A stretch of DNA of 64,000 bases from Trypanosoma brucei (taxonomy: Eukaryota), in the NCBI GenBank assembly GCA_000002445.1, contig CP000068.1:1-64000 (forward strand), given 5' to 3'. The position numbers and the translations under genes are program-made. Shown here in pieces: positions 1-12,219 of the stretch. The notes under the pieces are model-generated. The model did no database searches, was not told where the DNA came from, and was given only the letters and a program-made list of their open reading frames with translations. Each line of letters starts with the position of its first letter. The stretch's first letter is position 1.

Positions 1-966
1 GATCCTCCACAGGTCATCGAAAAGCGGTAAAAATTTGGATTGGGTAAAGGAACAAGAACTAAAATTAAATAACGCAACACCTTCCTCCGCCTTTTCTACT
101 TGCTTTTCATTTTCGAAGCTTACGCGAAGTAGACAACAGAGAAAACTCGAAATTAACCTTTTTTAGCTTTTAATAATAAAACTAAAGATTAAGTCTTTGC
201 TACGCAACGCCCCATTATGTGACACGATCATTTACCCGTACGGCGGACAAAAGATAGTAATAACACACCACACGAAAACTGCTATACCAAAATACCAAAA
301 ATGTAACACACGCAGATCACCCACTATGTATACATTTTATTTCTTTTTCACTGTCATGGATAGCGTTTTCACTCCTTCACATCATCCCCACCTGTTTCGG
401 GTCTCACACCAACACAAGAATGTTGCGGCAAGCAATTTGAACCAATGAAACTTTCTAACACATCATGCCATCCAACTAAGAGCAACATAAAACCACATAC
501 GAGAAAGAGACATAGTTTATTAGTATATCACCATATCACGTTAGAAGTGATATACTTCCAACATGAGCATAGCAACACTTTACACTAATTCCCCCTCCCT
601 ATAACAAAAGTTAACACATTTAAAGAAAAATACTTATAAATACTCCTGGTTAAAGGCATAATAATAATAATAATAACTCATCCGCTACTGTTTCTCCAAC
701 AAGTATTGAAACTAAGTTTCCTTGTCTCGTTTATAATCTATTTTTCGATACCCTTCATTACTTGTTTTGTTGTATTTGTGACGTTTTTAATCGTTGCACC
801 ATTCCCTTTACACGATTAATAACCTTAGTCTATTTTCCCCTCTTCCTACTATCCTCTTAATTTTAGGATGCTCACTATTACTTAATTTGAATTATTCGAT
901 CATCTTCTCATGTCTCGCCACAACGCTGCATGCACACACCCCCTGGTGAAAGTAGTTGCAAGTTGG

Positions 967-1383
967 TTACCTATCATCAGCTTTACCTCCATTTTGCACG
1001 GCACTCACCCCATTAGACATTTTCACACTTCTCAACGGACTTGCAACAACGACTTCTGTGAACATATGAGGCTTAAAACTGCAGAGTATCACTGAACAAC
1101 CTTTACCCACCCCGCCGTTCTTCCTTTGAGTACTGTCTTTTCCATAATCCTGCCCATCCTGATTACTTGTTTCCAGCCCCAGCGTATTTCTTTCCTCGAG
1201 CCCCGACATTTCACCCAGTGGCAGCTGCTCTCTAATACCCTCGATGCCATTCCCTGTTAGTTTCCCACTTGGAACTAATTTCTCACCATTCTCCTTTCCC
1301 CTGTCGCTGCCTTCCACAGCTCCCGAATTCTGCTCTTCTTGACTCACTTTCTGTTCCCTGTGGTCAGTTCCCAGGTGTGCCAC
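967..1383 (-). pseudogene. Gly/Glu/Gln-rich low-complexity ORF fragment (138 aa). Possibly a truncated paralogue of the acidic ORF at 12220-13095.
   Basis: The ORF track gives 138 aa with acidic G/E/Q/S-rich composition, like 12220-13095. It lies ~1.5 kb upstream (in the minus sense) of the GPI-protein gene at 2864-3892. The 12220-13095 ORF has the same spacing to 14812-15852. No signal peptide is visible and I could not align the homology by eye. Confidence 0.2.
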
Positions 1384-2863
1384 CGACCCCGAGACTCGGG
1401 GCCTGACAGATGGCTGTTCAACCTGGCCTTCGTTCCTGCCGCCAACTACAGCATCGTTCAGTTGTACGCTTACCGTAAAGAATTTTCTTACAAGTCTGGA
1501 GACGATTAGCCATTTTCACCCTCCGCTGCTGGATCCTGCATTGCATCGATCTCTTTTTCTTGTCAGGTTGTTGACTGCGCTCACGCTTGGCGCCCTACAA
1601 TCGGGAAGTAGGGGAGCTGAAGCAAGGGGTGGACCCGCCCCCTTTTGGCTGCCACCAACCGTAGTCAAACCAGCACCGCCTGCCTCCGCTGGAGGAGTCC
1701 GAGTATCCCTAGCATCTCTTGCTTTTGCTTGTCGCCGGCAATGAAGCTTTCGACTCAGCCAATAGCAAAATCAATATTAGTGTCAAAAATGGGGCTCTTA
1801 TAGGTCTTGGCATTGTTTTCCTTTAAGGTTGCAGCTGAGCAAACTACACAAAACACTACTAACAAAAAGGAAAACATTTTACGTACATATGCGACATCGA
1901 AAGCAATTACAATTGGATTCGGAATTAGAGAAAATAGAAATTTATTAATGTATCACATTTCATTCCGATTGTTTCCTCCCATGAAGAAGCCTCTCAAAAA
2001 CCATGAGGGTCCCTTCTGTTGCTTTCAGTGCCTTTTAACTTAATTTTTGATACACCATTCAGGTGCTTCCTTCACCCACAGCCCTTTTGATCGCCTCTCA
2101 GCTGCCTCACATCATTCCCAACTTTCCATATACCTCGAACTCCAGGGTTACACAAATAAAAATCAACTTAGACAATATGTCTTTTGGTGGCTTCACATTC
2201 CTACCAATTAGATAGAAAACCATACATCTAGTTCTTTCAATATTTTTTTAAATAAAGAATTTATCGGAGTTCACTAGTCTTTTTGTTACCACTTCCTTCA
2301 TCACCTGTAGGTGACTTTGTCGCCAAACCAACACGTTTGAACTTGACCGTAGCTTCAATGGTTTCCTGTATACATAACTATATTTTTGCTCTCCATTCCT
2401 AAATGCTGCAACCAAGCTTCCAAAGAGAGGTCACGCTGTTTCTGCTTCTTATGTTTGAATGGGCTCAATTGTAAGCCTCGTAAGATTCACTTCCTGTGTA
2501 CATTTATAACGCGGTTCTTTTAATATATCTTGTCCTTCCAGATTCCATAATTCCATAACAACAATATTAAAATCTGTATTCGTTCAATCCCAAAAGTTAT
2601 AAAGTTTATTCACTATTTGCTTTTGTTTTCCTTACTGTCGCTTTTACTTTTCCTAACTTTTGTTGTTACTGATAGGTGTGAGCGGATTATTTTATTCTTT
2701 TGAGCATTGTATTTTTCCATTTTATGCAACTTTTTAAACGGGTGTAAAAAAGAAAAATTATTCCTTCCTTTCCTTTACTCTGTTCGCTGGTCTTCTGCGC
2801 TGGTGTTTGGCGTATTTTCCTTATTAAGGGTTAAAAATAAAAATAATTGAATGATGAATAAAT

Positions 2864-3892
2864 TTATGCAAACAGCCAAAATAAAAATATCCGTAGAAAC
2901 TGTAAAATAGTTTTGGACGAACTCTTTTGTTCTTCTGGTGGTCTTGTCGTAGTGGCATCTTTCTCAGAGCTGGTAGTTGCTTGCGCATTTGGGTTTCCAT
3001 CATTTTGTGGTCCTTCTGTCCCCTTAGCTGGTGAGTTATCCCCTGTGCTTGGAACTGTGTTTGGCTTTGGATTTTTTTCCATGCTTGGCTTCCCCTCCGC
3101 ACGTGGTTTTGTGCTTCCACTTGCACTTTCATCCTTGCTCATTTCTTCAACTTCTCTCACCAGATCTTCGAGCTTATTAAGCCATTCAATACCACTTGCG
3201 TTGTCCTCGTTAGATCCCCTTGGGTACAGCACACAAATGCCGTCGTTCTCTGATTCCGCTCCATTGCAAGTATGCAGTCCGTACTCTTTACCTCCCCCGT
3301 AGGTATAGAAATGCTGGCGTCCATCTGAGTTCTTACGTTTCTTTATGCGCATCCTGAATTGAACCTTATTCTCGTGAAATTCAGTTTCTGATGGCACACC
3401 TTTTCCACTTCCAGTTATGCATCTACTCCTCAAGTCGTCCCACGTGCTTCGGTGCTTTTGGGTGGTTGGCCATTCCTGGGAGTTAACTTTTCTTACATTT
3501 CCCGTGTAACAAAGGTCCTTAAGATCTGGTTGCCGGTTTGTTCCCTCGCATAAGCAAATAAGATCTCTTACAAGTGCCTTTCCTCCGTGGGTACGTTGGT
3601 TTCCACTATCTTGGCCACAATCCATCTCCCTGTGAACTTTCCATAACATTTTATTTACGCCATCGACATTTGCTCCAAACAATATATCTTTAGCTTTGAT
3701 TTGAAGAGAAGTTACGTCAACACCTAGTTTTCCCTTCATTCGCTCCAGTAACTCATTTATTTGTTCTGTCAAGCTAACAAATCCGCACAACGTTTGGAAC
3801 TCCTTCACATTAAGTATATCCTGCTCCGCGCTGGACACACAAGTCATTACTAAAGACACGCCCACAATTGATTCCACTGATTTCTTCCACAT
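2864..3892 (-). CDS. Surface-type protein of 342 aa with an N-terminal signal peptide and a C-terminal hydrophobic GPI-signal-like tail. ESAG-like subtelomeric family member, possibly ESAG9-like. Paralogue of 14812-15852.
   Basis: Single 342-aa ORF. The N-terminus MWKKSVESIVGVSLVMTCVSSA is hydrophobic. It has conserved Cys residues, N-glycosylation sequons (NAS, NSQ, NSD) and a Ser/Thr/Pro-rich stalk. The C-terminus is ...TILQFLRIFLFWLFA. Several blocks are shared with 14812-15852: FGGGK..GLHTCNGA..SE.DGICV.YPRG..EDNASGIEWL.KLE.L. The family name is a guess from memory, not from a search. Confidence 0.6.
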   Translation of the reverse strand: MWKKSVESIVGVSLVMTCVSSAEQDILNVKEFQTLCGFVSLTEQINELLERMKGKLGVDVTSLQIKAKDILFGANVDGVNKMLWKVHREMDCGQDSGNQRTHGGKALVRDLICLCEGTNRQPDLKDLCYTGNVRKVNSQEWPTTQKHRSTWDDLRSRCITGSGKGVPSETEFHENKVQFRMRIKKRKNSDGRQHFYTYGGGKEYGLHTCNGAESENDGICVLYPRGSNEDNASGIEWLNKLEDLVREVEEMSKDESASGSTKPRAEGKPSMEKNPKPNTVPSTGDNSPAKGTEGPQNDGNPNAQATTSSEKDATTTRPPEEQKSSSKTILQFLRIFLFWLFA

Positions 3893-5605
3893 TTTTGTTC
3901 AACTTTATGTAATTAAACCCTTTTCTTTAAAAGTATTTACGAAGATAAGTCACCATTTTCTCGCTTTTCTCGTGAAAATTATAAACATAATACACTAAAA
4001 AACATTTTCGACGGGAAGGTTTTTCACCAATTCGAATATTTTGAATTGAAGAGAAAATGAGGCTCCTCGTTCATCTCATGTTTCCTTCGTTGTGGAATGT
4101 GCGTCATCAATGCATCGCGTCGCACAGCCCGTACAAACTTATTGGCAGCAAAGGCATAAAGGCTAGCTCCCGTTCCAATCTACCAACATTGGAAACCGCA
4201 CCGCCAGGTTTTTGGAAGTTGTCAGTCTCTCGCCGCGGTGACGGGTTTAGAGGAATATAGTCGGCAGCTAGTACAGGTTTTTTCCATTCGGTAAGCGTGG
4301 AGGCATGTCAACACTTGATACACTCTCAACCCTTGAGATGTTATGTTTTCCTCGCATGAAGAAAGCACTGGTTTATGTTGGCGGCTCCTCAACTGCAAGT
4401 AAAAGTTAAGATGTTATTTTTTCCCCGTCAATCACACTCTCCAGTAACAAACCAATCTCCAACACATAACGGTGGAAAAGGCATTCTAGTCCAGGACGCA
4501 CAAATATGTGATACAGATCTTTACACTCAGTAGCGTAACCATGTTCGTTTTCTGGCTGAATTAAATGTTTGGCGCTTTGATGCGCTAAGTGTATTCCTCC
4601 CCAGTGCAATCCTCTACAGCAATGGGGTCTTACCCAACGGTAGACTCAATACTTCAATACCGAAGCTCCGTGACGACTTTGTTGGAGTCTGATATTTGGG
4701 AACGAGGTAGGCGTTCATTTCCTTGGGAAAGTTGATTATACCGCTCACCAATGCGTGTTAATGCTGGTACTGAGGGCATTGGGTTTCCCGTTCATCAGAA
4801 GTAATTGTCGTCTCAGTCGGTAGTATTTCACTTTCCTCTGTCACTTACCATCATGGCTCCGTACTTGCTGTGTTTCCCTTCGGTTGATTTTGATAGTTCC
4901 GAGCTATTGCTCTCGGATAAGACGCCTTTACATCCAATTTATCTACAAAGTCACAGTGAATTTCATTATAGTGAATCTGTTGGTGTACTCTCTTAATTTG
5001 TTGGGAAAATTAAATTCATTGCCTTTTTAATCTCCTACTTCTATTTTCTGATGTAACGTGTCTCTTGAAGGCATAAATAGCTGTTAGGGGCGCCACACTA
5101 CGGTGTTCAACCCCTTGATGCATTGTATCATCTTCCACTCTTTGCCTTTACAGATTTCCTTTTTGAATTTTCTTCGTGCCTTCGTGAGAGTTTCCCCCCA
5201 CTGGCGCGGCCATCAGCCATCACCGTAGAGCCCTGAGATGCTATCGGTCTGGCGACTGTGGCAGAGTCTCCCTTTTTTTTATTCATTCTAACACACTCTC
5301 TATAATTTTTGTTGTAGCTCCACAGTTGAACGGAATACAGCAGATGGGGCGAGAAGCCCCCCACCCCAGACTCTCCCAAAGATGTCAATTAGCAATCCTT
5401 TTGTTTTGATTTTTGTTATTCGTTTATTATTCTCTCCCCCTCTTTTTGTTTGTGTTGCTTGTTGATTGCATACCTCCTCTGTCTCTGAGGGTGTCTGGAC
5501 TATTCCTGCGTCCGGTGCTTTTCCTGCTAGCTACACTCTCGGCAATAAGGGGGGAAGTTGCAGAAGGGAGAGTGGGTTGTATGACTGTTACATTAGGTGA
5601 GGACT

Positions 5606-6856
5606 TCACCTGCGGCCGGCTCCGTTCAACCGCAATGAGAAACTGTGCCAGCCTTTTAGAGAAACATATATCCTGCACACACACACACCTTCTACCGCAA
5701 ACCCGACACGTAACTCCTTCAAACTGGGACAGCTCATCAAGTGCAGCGACGTTTCTTCGCAGTCGCCGCGTTGGCTGGTAACAGCGCGCTCTACCTTCAT
5801 ACCGTGCATCTTCTTTTGATGTAGGGTGAGGCCAGTTTTGCTAGCACACTGCCTTCCGCATGCCGGGCACACCAACATGGATGCGTTTGTATGCGGGGAA
5901 TCAGTGGCACACAATTTTGTGCTTTTGCTGCATTTAAGCTCGACTCCCTCACCTTTGTGGAAAGCCTTACAGTGTCGGATGAGGGAGTCCCTGCAACTGA
6001 GCACTTTTTGGCACACACCACACTGCACCTCGCCTTTCCCCGGGACGTCAACGTTTCCCTCACGGGCACGCTTACGAGGGAATTGCACCAACACCACAAA
6101 GTTACCTCCCTCCGTCACTATGTTCTTATGTTTGAATTTCTTGTGTAGTGACAGGGAAGAGCGTGTATCGAAGCTCGCCTCGCACAGGTCACATTGAAAC
6201 GGCAGCTTCCGTGTATCCTGAGGGGCTGGCGCTGCTGGGACGCTACCATCTCCTTTCACTGAGTCTTCGTTCTCTCGCCCCCTTTTCACGCAGCAACTAC
6301 CGCTACCTATGCCATGTATTGTTTGAAGGCTGTGTAATAGTCGGCCTGGCACTACGAATTTGGAGGTACAGAGGGTACAATGAAGCACCTGCGGTCTCAT
6401 CGGGACTCGTGTGCTCGATGGTAGAGGAACGATCGCCAGCACTGGAGGGGGCTCCGGGGGGATGTCCACTGCAGGTGTTGCATCGCCGTATTTGATCCTC
6501 CTGAGGGCATCAGCTCGCACAAAGCCATGTTTGTTTACCATATGCGTTACAGCACTCGAGCGACATTGGCATGTGGCATCACATTCCGTACATTTGGTCG
6601 GTTCGGAGGTTCTCTGAAGAGTGCGTGTCGCAACAGTTGGGGGCATTCGTATTGTTGGCCCTATCGCTGCATGTTGTGGGTTACACCATCGGCACTGCGG
6701 AGGCACACTCGGGTTGATCTTTCGCAACATCCATCCATAGTGTCTTGAAGATCCAACCCGAAAGCGTGCCAGTGCCGTTTCTTCCTCCCTCGTCAGTTCT
6801 TCTTTATGTTTTGTTGGAAAGTGGTTGCCCGTGATACCAAACCTATGAGTGTTCAC
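5606..6856 (-). pseudogene. ingi ORF segment 3: C-terminal C2H2 zinc-finger domain.
   Basis: 416-aa ORF with repeated C-x2-C...H-x3-5-H motifs: CDLCEASFDTRSSLSLHKKFKH, CGVCQKVLSCRDSLIRHCKAFH and CPACGRQCASKTGLTLHQKKMH. Confidence 0.8.
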
Positions 6857-6862
6857 ATGGAC

Positions 6863-9412
6863 TTATTCCGATCTAAGCACTCGGTTCGCATAAGCAATGA
6901 TGTCGGGGATCCATGTATTTCGCAACTGTGGTAAATCAGCGGCCTTTTTGGCCATGTCATCGCAAACCTCATTCCGTTTCACGCCACAATAGCCAAACAC
7001 AAATTGCAGTCGGATACGTATCTTCCTTCTCTGAACTTGAAGCAGAAGCCTCCATAGTCGTCTTAGAATTGGGTTCGTTACGGCTAGGGGGCCTGTCTGC
7101 AGTGCTGTTAACATTGACAGCGAGTCAGAGAAGATGAACAACCTGCTCGGTGTGCTTCTGTATGCCGGAAGCCATTTCAGCAGCCGTTGCAGTCCTATCT
7201 CTAATGCTACGCATTCCGCTCTGTAACTGCATGAGAGTTCCCCTGCTCCGGTTTTGGGTGCGCAAATCAGCGTGTTGTTTCTATAGAGCAGGGCAGCTGC
7301 TCCGGACTTCTCACCGAGGGACACGGATCCATCAGTCCACAATTCGTAGTGCTCTCGCCGCGGTGGCTCCTTCCCCCTCCGTGCAAAATGCCGTTCAATC
7401 CACTTTTCGGAAGCCTCCCTTTTGAAATCGTCAGGGTCATCAGCGCACACAGGCTTTATCTGCGTGTGAAATAGCGGTCGGCAGCTGTAGCGGAGCGTCG
7501 ATGTCTCTAGTGGGTGCTCGCGTGGTTCAATGCGGAGGTGGGAGTAGGACCGCATGATGCGGGAATGTAGGGCTCTGACTGGATGTTTGCTGTGATATAC
7601 TTCTTCAGCACTGCGCCGCAAACATCCGCCTCGTGACTCACACATCAGCATGAATTTCATACTGCGCACAAGAGTGGTTGTCTTGAGTGGCAGGAGGTTT
7701 GCTTCCGGCAGAGAGTCCTCTTTGCGCGTCCCATGCGGTATGCCGGCTATGATGCGACTGACTTTGTGTTGTGCTGCTGCAAGGAGGTCGAGACTTTGTT
7801 CCGAAGCGTCCCAGTACCATACCTCAATGCCATACATGGTGTGTGCCTGTACGAGTGCTAGATAAAAAGCTCTCAGTACTTGTCGTCTTGGCCCCCATGT
7901 AGAAGCTGAGATGGCTGCTATCTGCAGTAGTCTGAAGTCCATCTTGCGTCTCGTTTCGGCCGCATGTGTTGCCATCCCCTGCAGACACTGGAATGTTACT
8001 CCTAGAAGCTTCGGTGTCCTGTCAGCTCCTATTCTTTCGCCGTCCAGTTGCAATGTAAGGGGGTGGCGCTCTATACACCCGAAGAGTGTGCACTTTGTTT
8101 TCGCTACATTGACAGACATGAAGTACTCTTGTGACCACTGTAACACCACGTTGAGACCGCACTGTAGTGTGTGGTTGATGACATCCCTCTCTGTGTCCCT
8201 CGCAAGTAGCGTCGGGTCGTCTGCAAAGAATCCGTGCTGCAGTAACGGCACTTCTGCAAGGCGTTGGCTCAACGAGTTCATGGCAATAATGAACATGATT
8301 GGGCCAATGACAGTTCCTTGTGGCACTCCTCGCTCAAATGTTCTGCTTCTGGAAAGCTTCTCCTTGAATCTCACTCTGCCAGTTCGGTTACTCAGAAATG
8401 ATAGGCACCACTTCACAATGTGGGGTGATACCTTCATTCTGTGCATTTCCCTCGCAATTTTGTCGTGGTCTACTGTATCGAATGCCTTCTCGTAGTCAAC
8501 AAATACAGCACCCGTACGATATTGGTGCGCGGGACGGCAGAGGGCAGCGCGGACGTGCAGGAGTTGTTCGAGCGTTGAGCATCCGGGGCGAAAGCCTGAC
8601 TGCTGCGGCGTCAGCTGGGACTCAACAGTGTCTCTAAGCCTCGCGGCAATTATGCGCTCCATGACTTTGCAGAGACAGCTCGTGAGCGTCACAGGCCTGT
8701 AAGAATCGAGGTCCTCCGCCTTTTTTCCGGCCTTCAGGATGGGGATGATAACACCAGTCTTCCATGCAGGCGGCACGACTCCCGTTCGTAGGCCCTCATT
8801 GAATAGCCTCAGAACAACATTCAGCGCTGTTCTGCCGAGATGTTGCAGTGCCTCGTTGTATAAGCAATCAGGTCCGGCTGCGGATCCACTCGGTAGCAGT
8901 TTGATCGATCTCCGTAGTTCAGCCATCGTGATGGGACTGAACTCACTCGCTATCGTCTTTATTGGTGCCGGTGGGTGTGAGTCGGGGTTCCTTCTTGCGC
9001 GGGACGAGTACAGTTTACTGAACCTCTCAGCTTGACGGTAGTCCGTGATGGCCGCGTTATCAACAAGTACAGCCGGTGTGGTTAGTGGTCGTGGCGCATA
9101 TACTTTCTTGACAATGTGCCAACTGCAGCGGTCTGACACCGCAAGTCTGGAGCATAGCGTGCTCCATCTCTTCTTTGTGGTACGGTCCAGGATCTGCTTA
9201 CGCGTGGCTACCAACTTTTTCCTTCGGTGGGAGGGTCCGCATCCAGCTATCTCTTCATCGAGTTTCGCGAGCTCAGGTGTCCAATGTGGTGGCGTTGCTC
9301 TGCAGCCACGGGGGACGGAGACCTTCGTCGCAACGCGGATGGCGGAGCACAATTTCTGTTCCGGGGTGTTGACGTTCTTCCCTCTACCAATTTTTCCTGC
9401 AGGGCTCGTCAA
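6863..9412 (-). pseudogene. ingi ORF segment 2: reverse transcriptase and RNase H.
   Basis: 849-aa ORF. RT motifs PQGTVIGPIMF and HGFFADDPTLLA (YXDD-type). An RNase H-like motif ELWTDGSVSLGEKSGAAALL lies near the C-terminus. A stop at 6860-6862 separates it from the next segment. Confidence 0.85.
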
Positions 9413-10358
9413 TCTTGTGACGGAAATTCCTCCAGTTAGCTTTTAGCCATGCGTACATGGGCTTTCGAAGCCGCGGGCAACTCAGTGCATCTGTGTCGTC
9501 TCCAACGATAACTTCGAAAAATATGTTATGGTGATCGCTATCGGGAGAATACAGCGATGTCCACGTGTACACTGTGCAATTCCTTGACAGTGTCACATCA
9601 GGGGTGGACTCTCCGTGGTGGCGCGCGTACCTGGTGCACTCACCGGTGTTGCAGACCAGAAACTGGTTGTCAATGCACCACTGTGTGAGGGTTTCACCCT
9701 TGGTATTTGGTGGGCTCGCGCGATCCCATGCCAACGCGTGTGCGTTAGCGTCTGCACCGATGAGCTGGGCACCGTCAGTCGTCAGAAGCGTATCTAGGTC
9801 AGTTGCCGTGAAGGTGTGTTTTGGTGGGATGTATGCCGACGTGACAGTCAGCGCCGCTCCACGTGCAAGGTAAATTGTTGCATGCACTTGTTCAATGCGA
9901 CCAACAACGGCCATACCGGTCTCGACTGGTAGGTCCTCCCTCACTAGTATTGATACACCACCTCCTTTGCAGTTACGAGCTATTCCGTGATGTTGGTAGC
10001 CAGCAACACTAAAGCAAACCGCCTCTCCAGGTGTCATCCTTGTCTCGCTCAACAGAAAAAAGTTAATCCGCTCATCAACAAGGGTTTTGTGGAGTGCTAA
10101 TCTCTTTCCTTGAGATAGCCCGGCGCAGTTACACTGCATCCCGCGCAATAACTGGCTGAGATTCTCTTCCACATCACCGGACAGCAGCATCTTAGTGCGG
10201 ATGATGCTGCTGATGGCACGCTGGCACGTGCCCAGGGACCGACAAATGAAAAACGGTGTCCCAGCAAGACGCTGCTGATCCCTGTGCTGTATGATGCCGT
10301 AGCCGGAGCAAAGCAGTGTTCCCCATGAAAGGAACGCTGCTGGCTCTTGGCTTCCCAA
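9384..10358 (-). pseudogene. ingi ORF segment 1: AP-endonuclease (APE-like) domain.
   Basis: 324-aa ORF at the 5' end of the element. It overlaps the next segment at 9384-9412 in a different frame, so there is a frameshift. Confidence 0.75.
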
Positions 10359-10418
10359 TCGATTTCTCTTCTGTTACTGGACCTTGGCACCACGTTAAGA
10401 TGGCCGGCATCGCCAGGG
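10340..10418 (-). promoter_or_regulatory. Pr77-like internal promoter/5' hallmark sequence of ingi (first ~79 nt).
   Basis: Reverse complement of 10340-10418 begins CCCTGGCGATGCCGGCCATCTTAACGTGG.... This is the conserved first ~79 nt shared by ingi, RIME, DIRE and L1Tc, recalled from established knowledge. Confidence 0.7.
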
Positions 10419-12219
10419 CACAATGGATAGGATTACCATTAGCAATAGATTAAGAGAAATTTTATTGTGCATACCACTCTCTCATAAACACAAGAACGGC
10501 TGCACTCAAACACCGGTATAATTTTTCCTTAGTGAGAAAATGAAAAAATGGCCCCCTTTATCTAAACAAAGGGCTAGAAGACGCCGAAGAAGGAAAGACA
10601 AGGTATTGGCTGAAATATAGTTAAAATAAAATCACACAATGACTCCAAGGTGGTACAAGCTGTGAGACACTACATGGTCTCAATATTACTTTTTATGAGA
10701 AAAGAGACACACAAGTGTATAGAAATACAATGCTTCCCTGAAAAAGCATTTGCGGTCAAACATAAGTGTTTCCTGCGGAACAAAAAACTATTGCCGTGAC
10801 ATATTGCCTGCTGTAGAATAACAGAACACGTAATAGTAAACCCCACTTCCTATTTACCGCTAACATTCAATGCATTCTGCCAAATTCTCGCTTCCATCTC
10901 TTTATGTCGGTTGGTAAATGGCAACGCACTGTAATCACACAAATACCTCGAACGCATGGTTTTTTTCTTGAAATCATGAAATTCGCCGCAACCATCACTC
11001 TTCACAGATTTCACGATACCCCGCCAGGATCCTCTTCATCCTCGCATGTCGCTGCGAGCTAAAACGTTTGCAACCGAAGAGATTATTTTGTGGAAAGCGA
11101 ACTACTTCAGATTCTTATTATCATGTAAACGAATGAGAAATCAACTTCTTGAAAAATAAACAAAAGCTTTGAAAACCGTTCAACAGAAATAGAGAAATAA
11201 TAACCAAAACTTGCCTCTTATCAGTGCTAAACATTGACATCCGCTTATATTCAATTAATCAAAGAGATAAAAGTCCATAGTGCATTTACTAAAGCACCTT
11301 CCTTTTGCGGTTGCATCACTACTACTATTATCTCTATGTTTCACTGTTCAGGGCATGTGAGGGTCAACTCCGCGAACTCAAGCGCGAATTGCCCTGTTAA
11401 TTAAATAGGTTGTGGATAACCTTTTGCAAAAACAATTAAATCAAATACGCACCGTGAGAATCTTTGAAGAAGTTATGTTTTTTAAAATTAATTGCAGCTC
11501 ATTTCGGGTACTGCCTAAAGCAACCCCCATCGCTTTCCATACACTTACCTGCTTTTGCGACTATTATCAATTTATTCAAGTCTTCGACGTATCTGTACCC
11601 TGTGCGATTCTCTCACTCATTGAATGCTTACTGTTTCAATGACTTATGCCCTCATTATTTGCACCAATTAAAATTCTTTTTTTATGATTACCGATAGAAC
11701 CCTAAATTTAGTTACCGCAATCGTCTGCGTTTTCCTCATTTAAGTTAATGATCTAAATAAGTCCTGCTTTAAACCATTTTCGCTCTCTTAGAAATGTGCC
11801 TTCTTCTAGGCACGGGGCAGCTCTTTATAATTTTTAGAACGCAAAAAAAAATAGTTCACTGAAGAAGATCTCTCCAACACCGTTAAAATTTTAGATTCTT
11901 TGCCTTATCAACGGTCCTGTGGAACTGTCCATGGTTTTTTTGATACTTGTGATCTCATTAATGGTATTCTTTACGCACTCAAAACCTTTAAGTTACGTTC
12001 CCTCCCTTCTGTCTTTTCGTTTTACCTTTTCATTTTACTCATGATTAGGGCAGAGTCGTTCATCCCTGTTATAGCATTCCCCTTTAAAGTGTTATTTCGT
12101 TAAAACACCACAAAAATTTTGTTCTCGTAAAAGAAGTTGTTAATTGGTTACTGTTTCCCATTCGAACCCGTGTCATACTTTTCTGATCTCATTAGATAGT
12201 TGCGTAGTTATGCACGGTC

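Larger units (their letters stand above)
5163..10418 (-). mobile_element. ingi: ingi non-LTR retrotransposon (ingi/RIME family), ~5.26 kb, near full length. The single polyprotein is broken into three ORF segments.
   Basis: The minus strand at 10418 reads CCCTGGCGATGCCGGCCATCTTAACGTGGTGCCAAGGTCCAGTAACAGAAGAGAAATCGATTGGGAAGCCAAGAGCC, matching the conserved ingi/RIME/L1Tc 5' Pr77 motif as I recall it. The ORF segments (in element order) carry an AP-endonuclease-like segment, an RT segment (GVPQGTVIGPIMF, FADD) and an RNase H segment (TDGS), then C2H2 zinc fingers. A second copy at 59822+ is highly similar. Length fits the ~5.2 kb ingi. The 3' boundary, set by where homology with copy 2 stops, is good to about +/-10 bp. 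Confidence 0.9.

Noticed and set aside
2913-3302. Plus-strand ORFs (2913-3302 and 14795-15253) that are conserved between the two duplicated units (..SLLSHSIPLALSS..PLGY.TQ.PS.S..APLQVCSP.SLPPP).
   Set aside because: They lie antisense to the conserved GPI-protein genes. Their conservation is fully explained by nucleotide conservation of the sense gene, and they lack any protein-like features.
5413-5781. Small ORFs within the ingi 3' region that are duplicated at 60072-60440 (122 aa on the + strand and 85 aa on the - strand).
   Set aside because: They are duplicated only because the whole ingi is duplicated. They lie in the 3' non-coding (RIME-derived) portion.
5140-10445. Target-site duplication flanking ingi copy 1.
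   Set aside because: The 12 bp outside the 5' end (cacaatggatag) has no match adjacent to the 3' end (~5140-5165). The 3' boundary is only known to +/-10 bp, so a target-site duplication may exist but is not supported.
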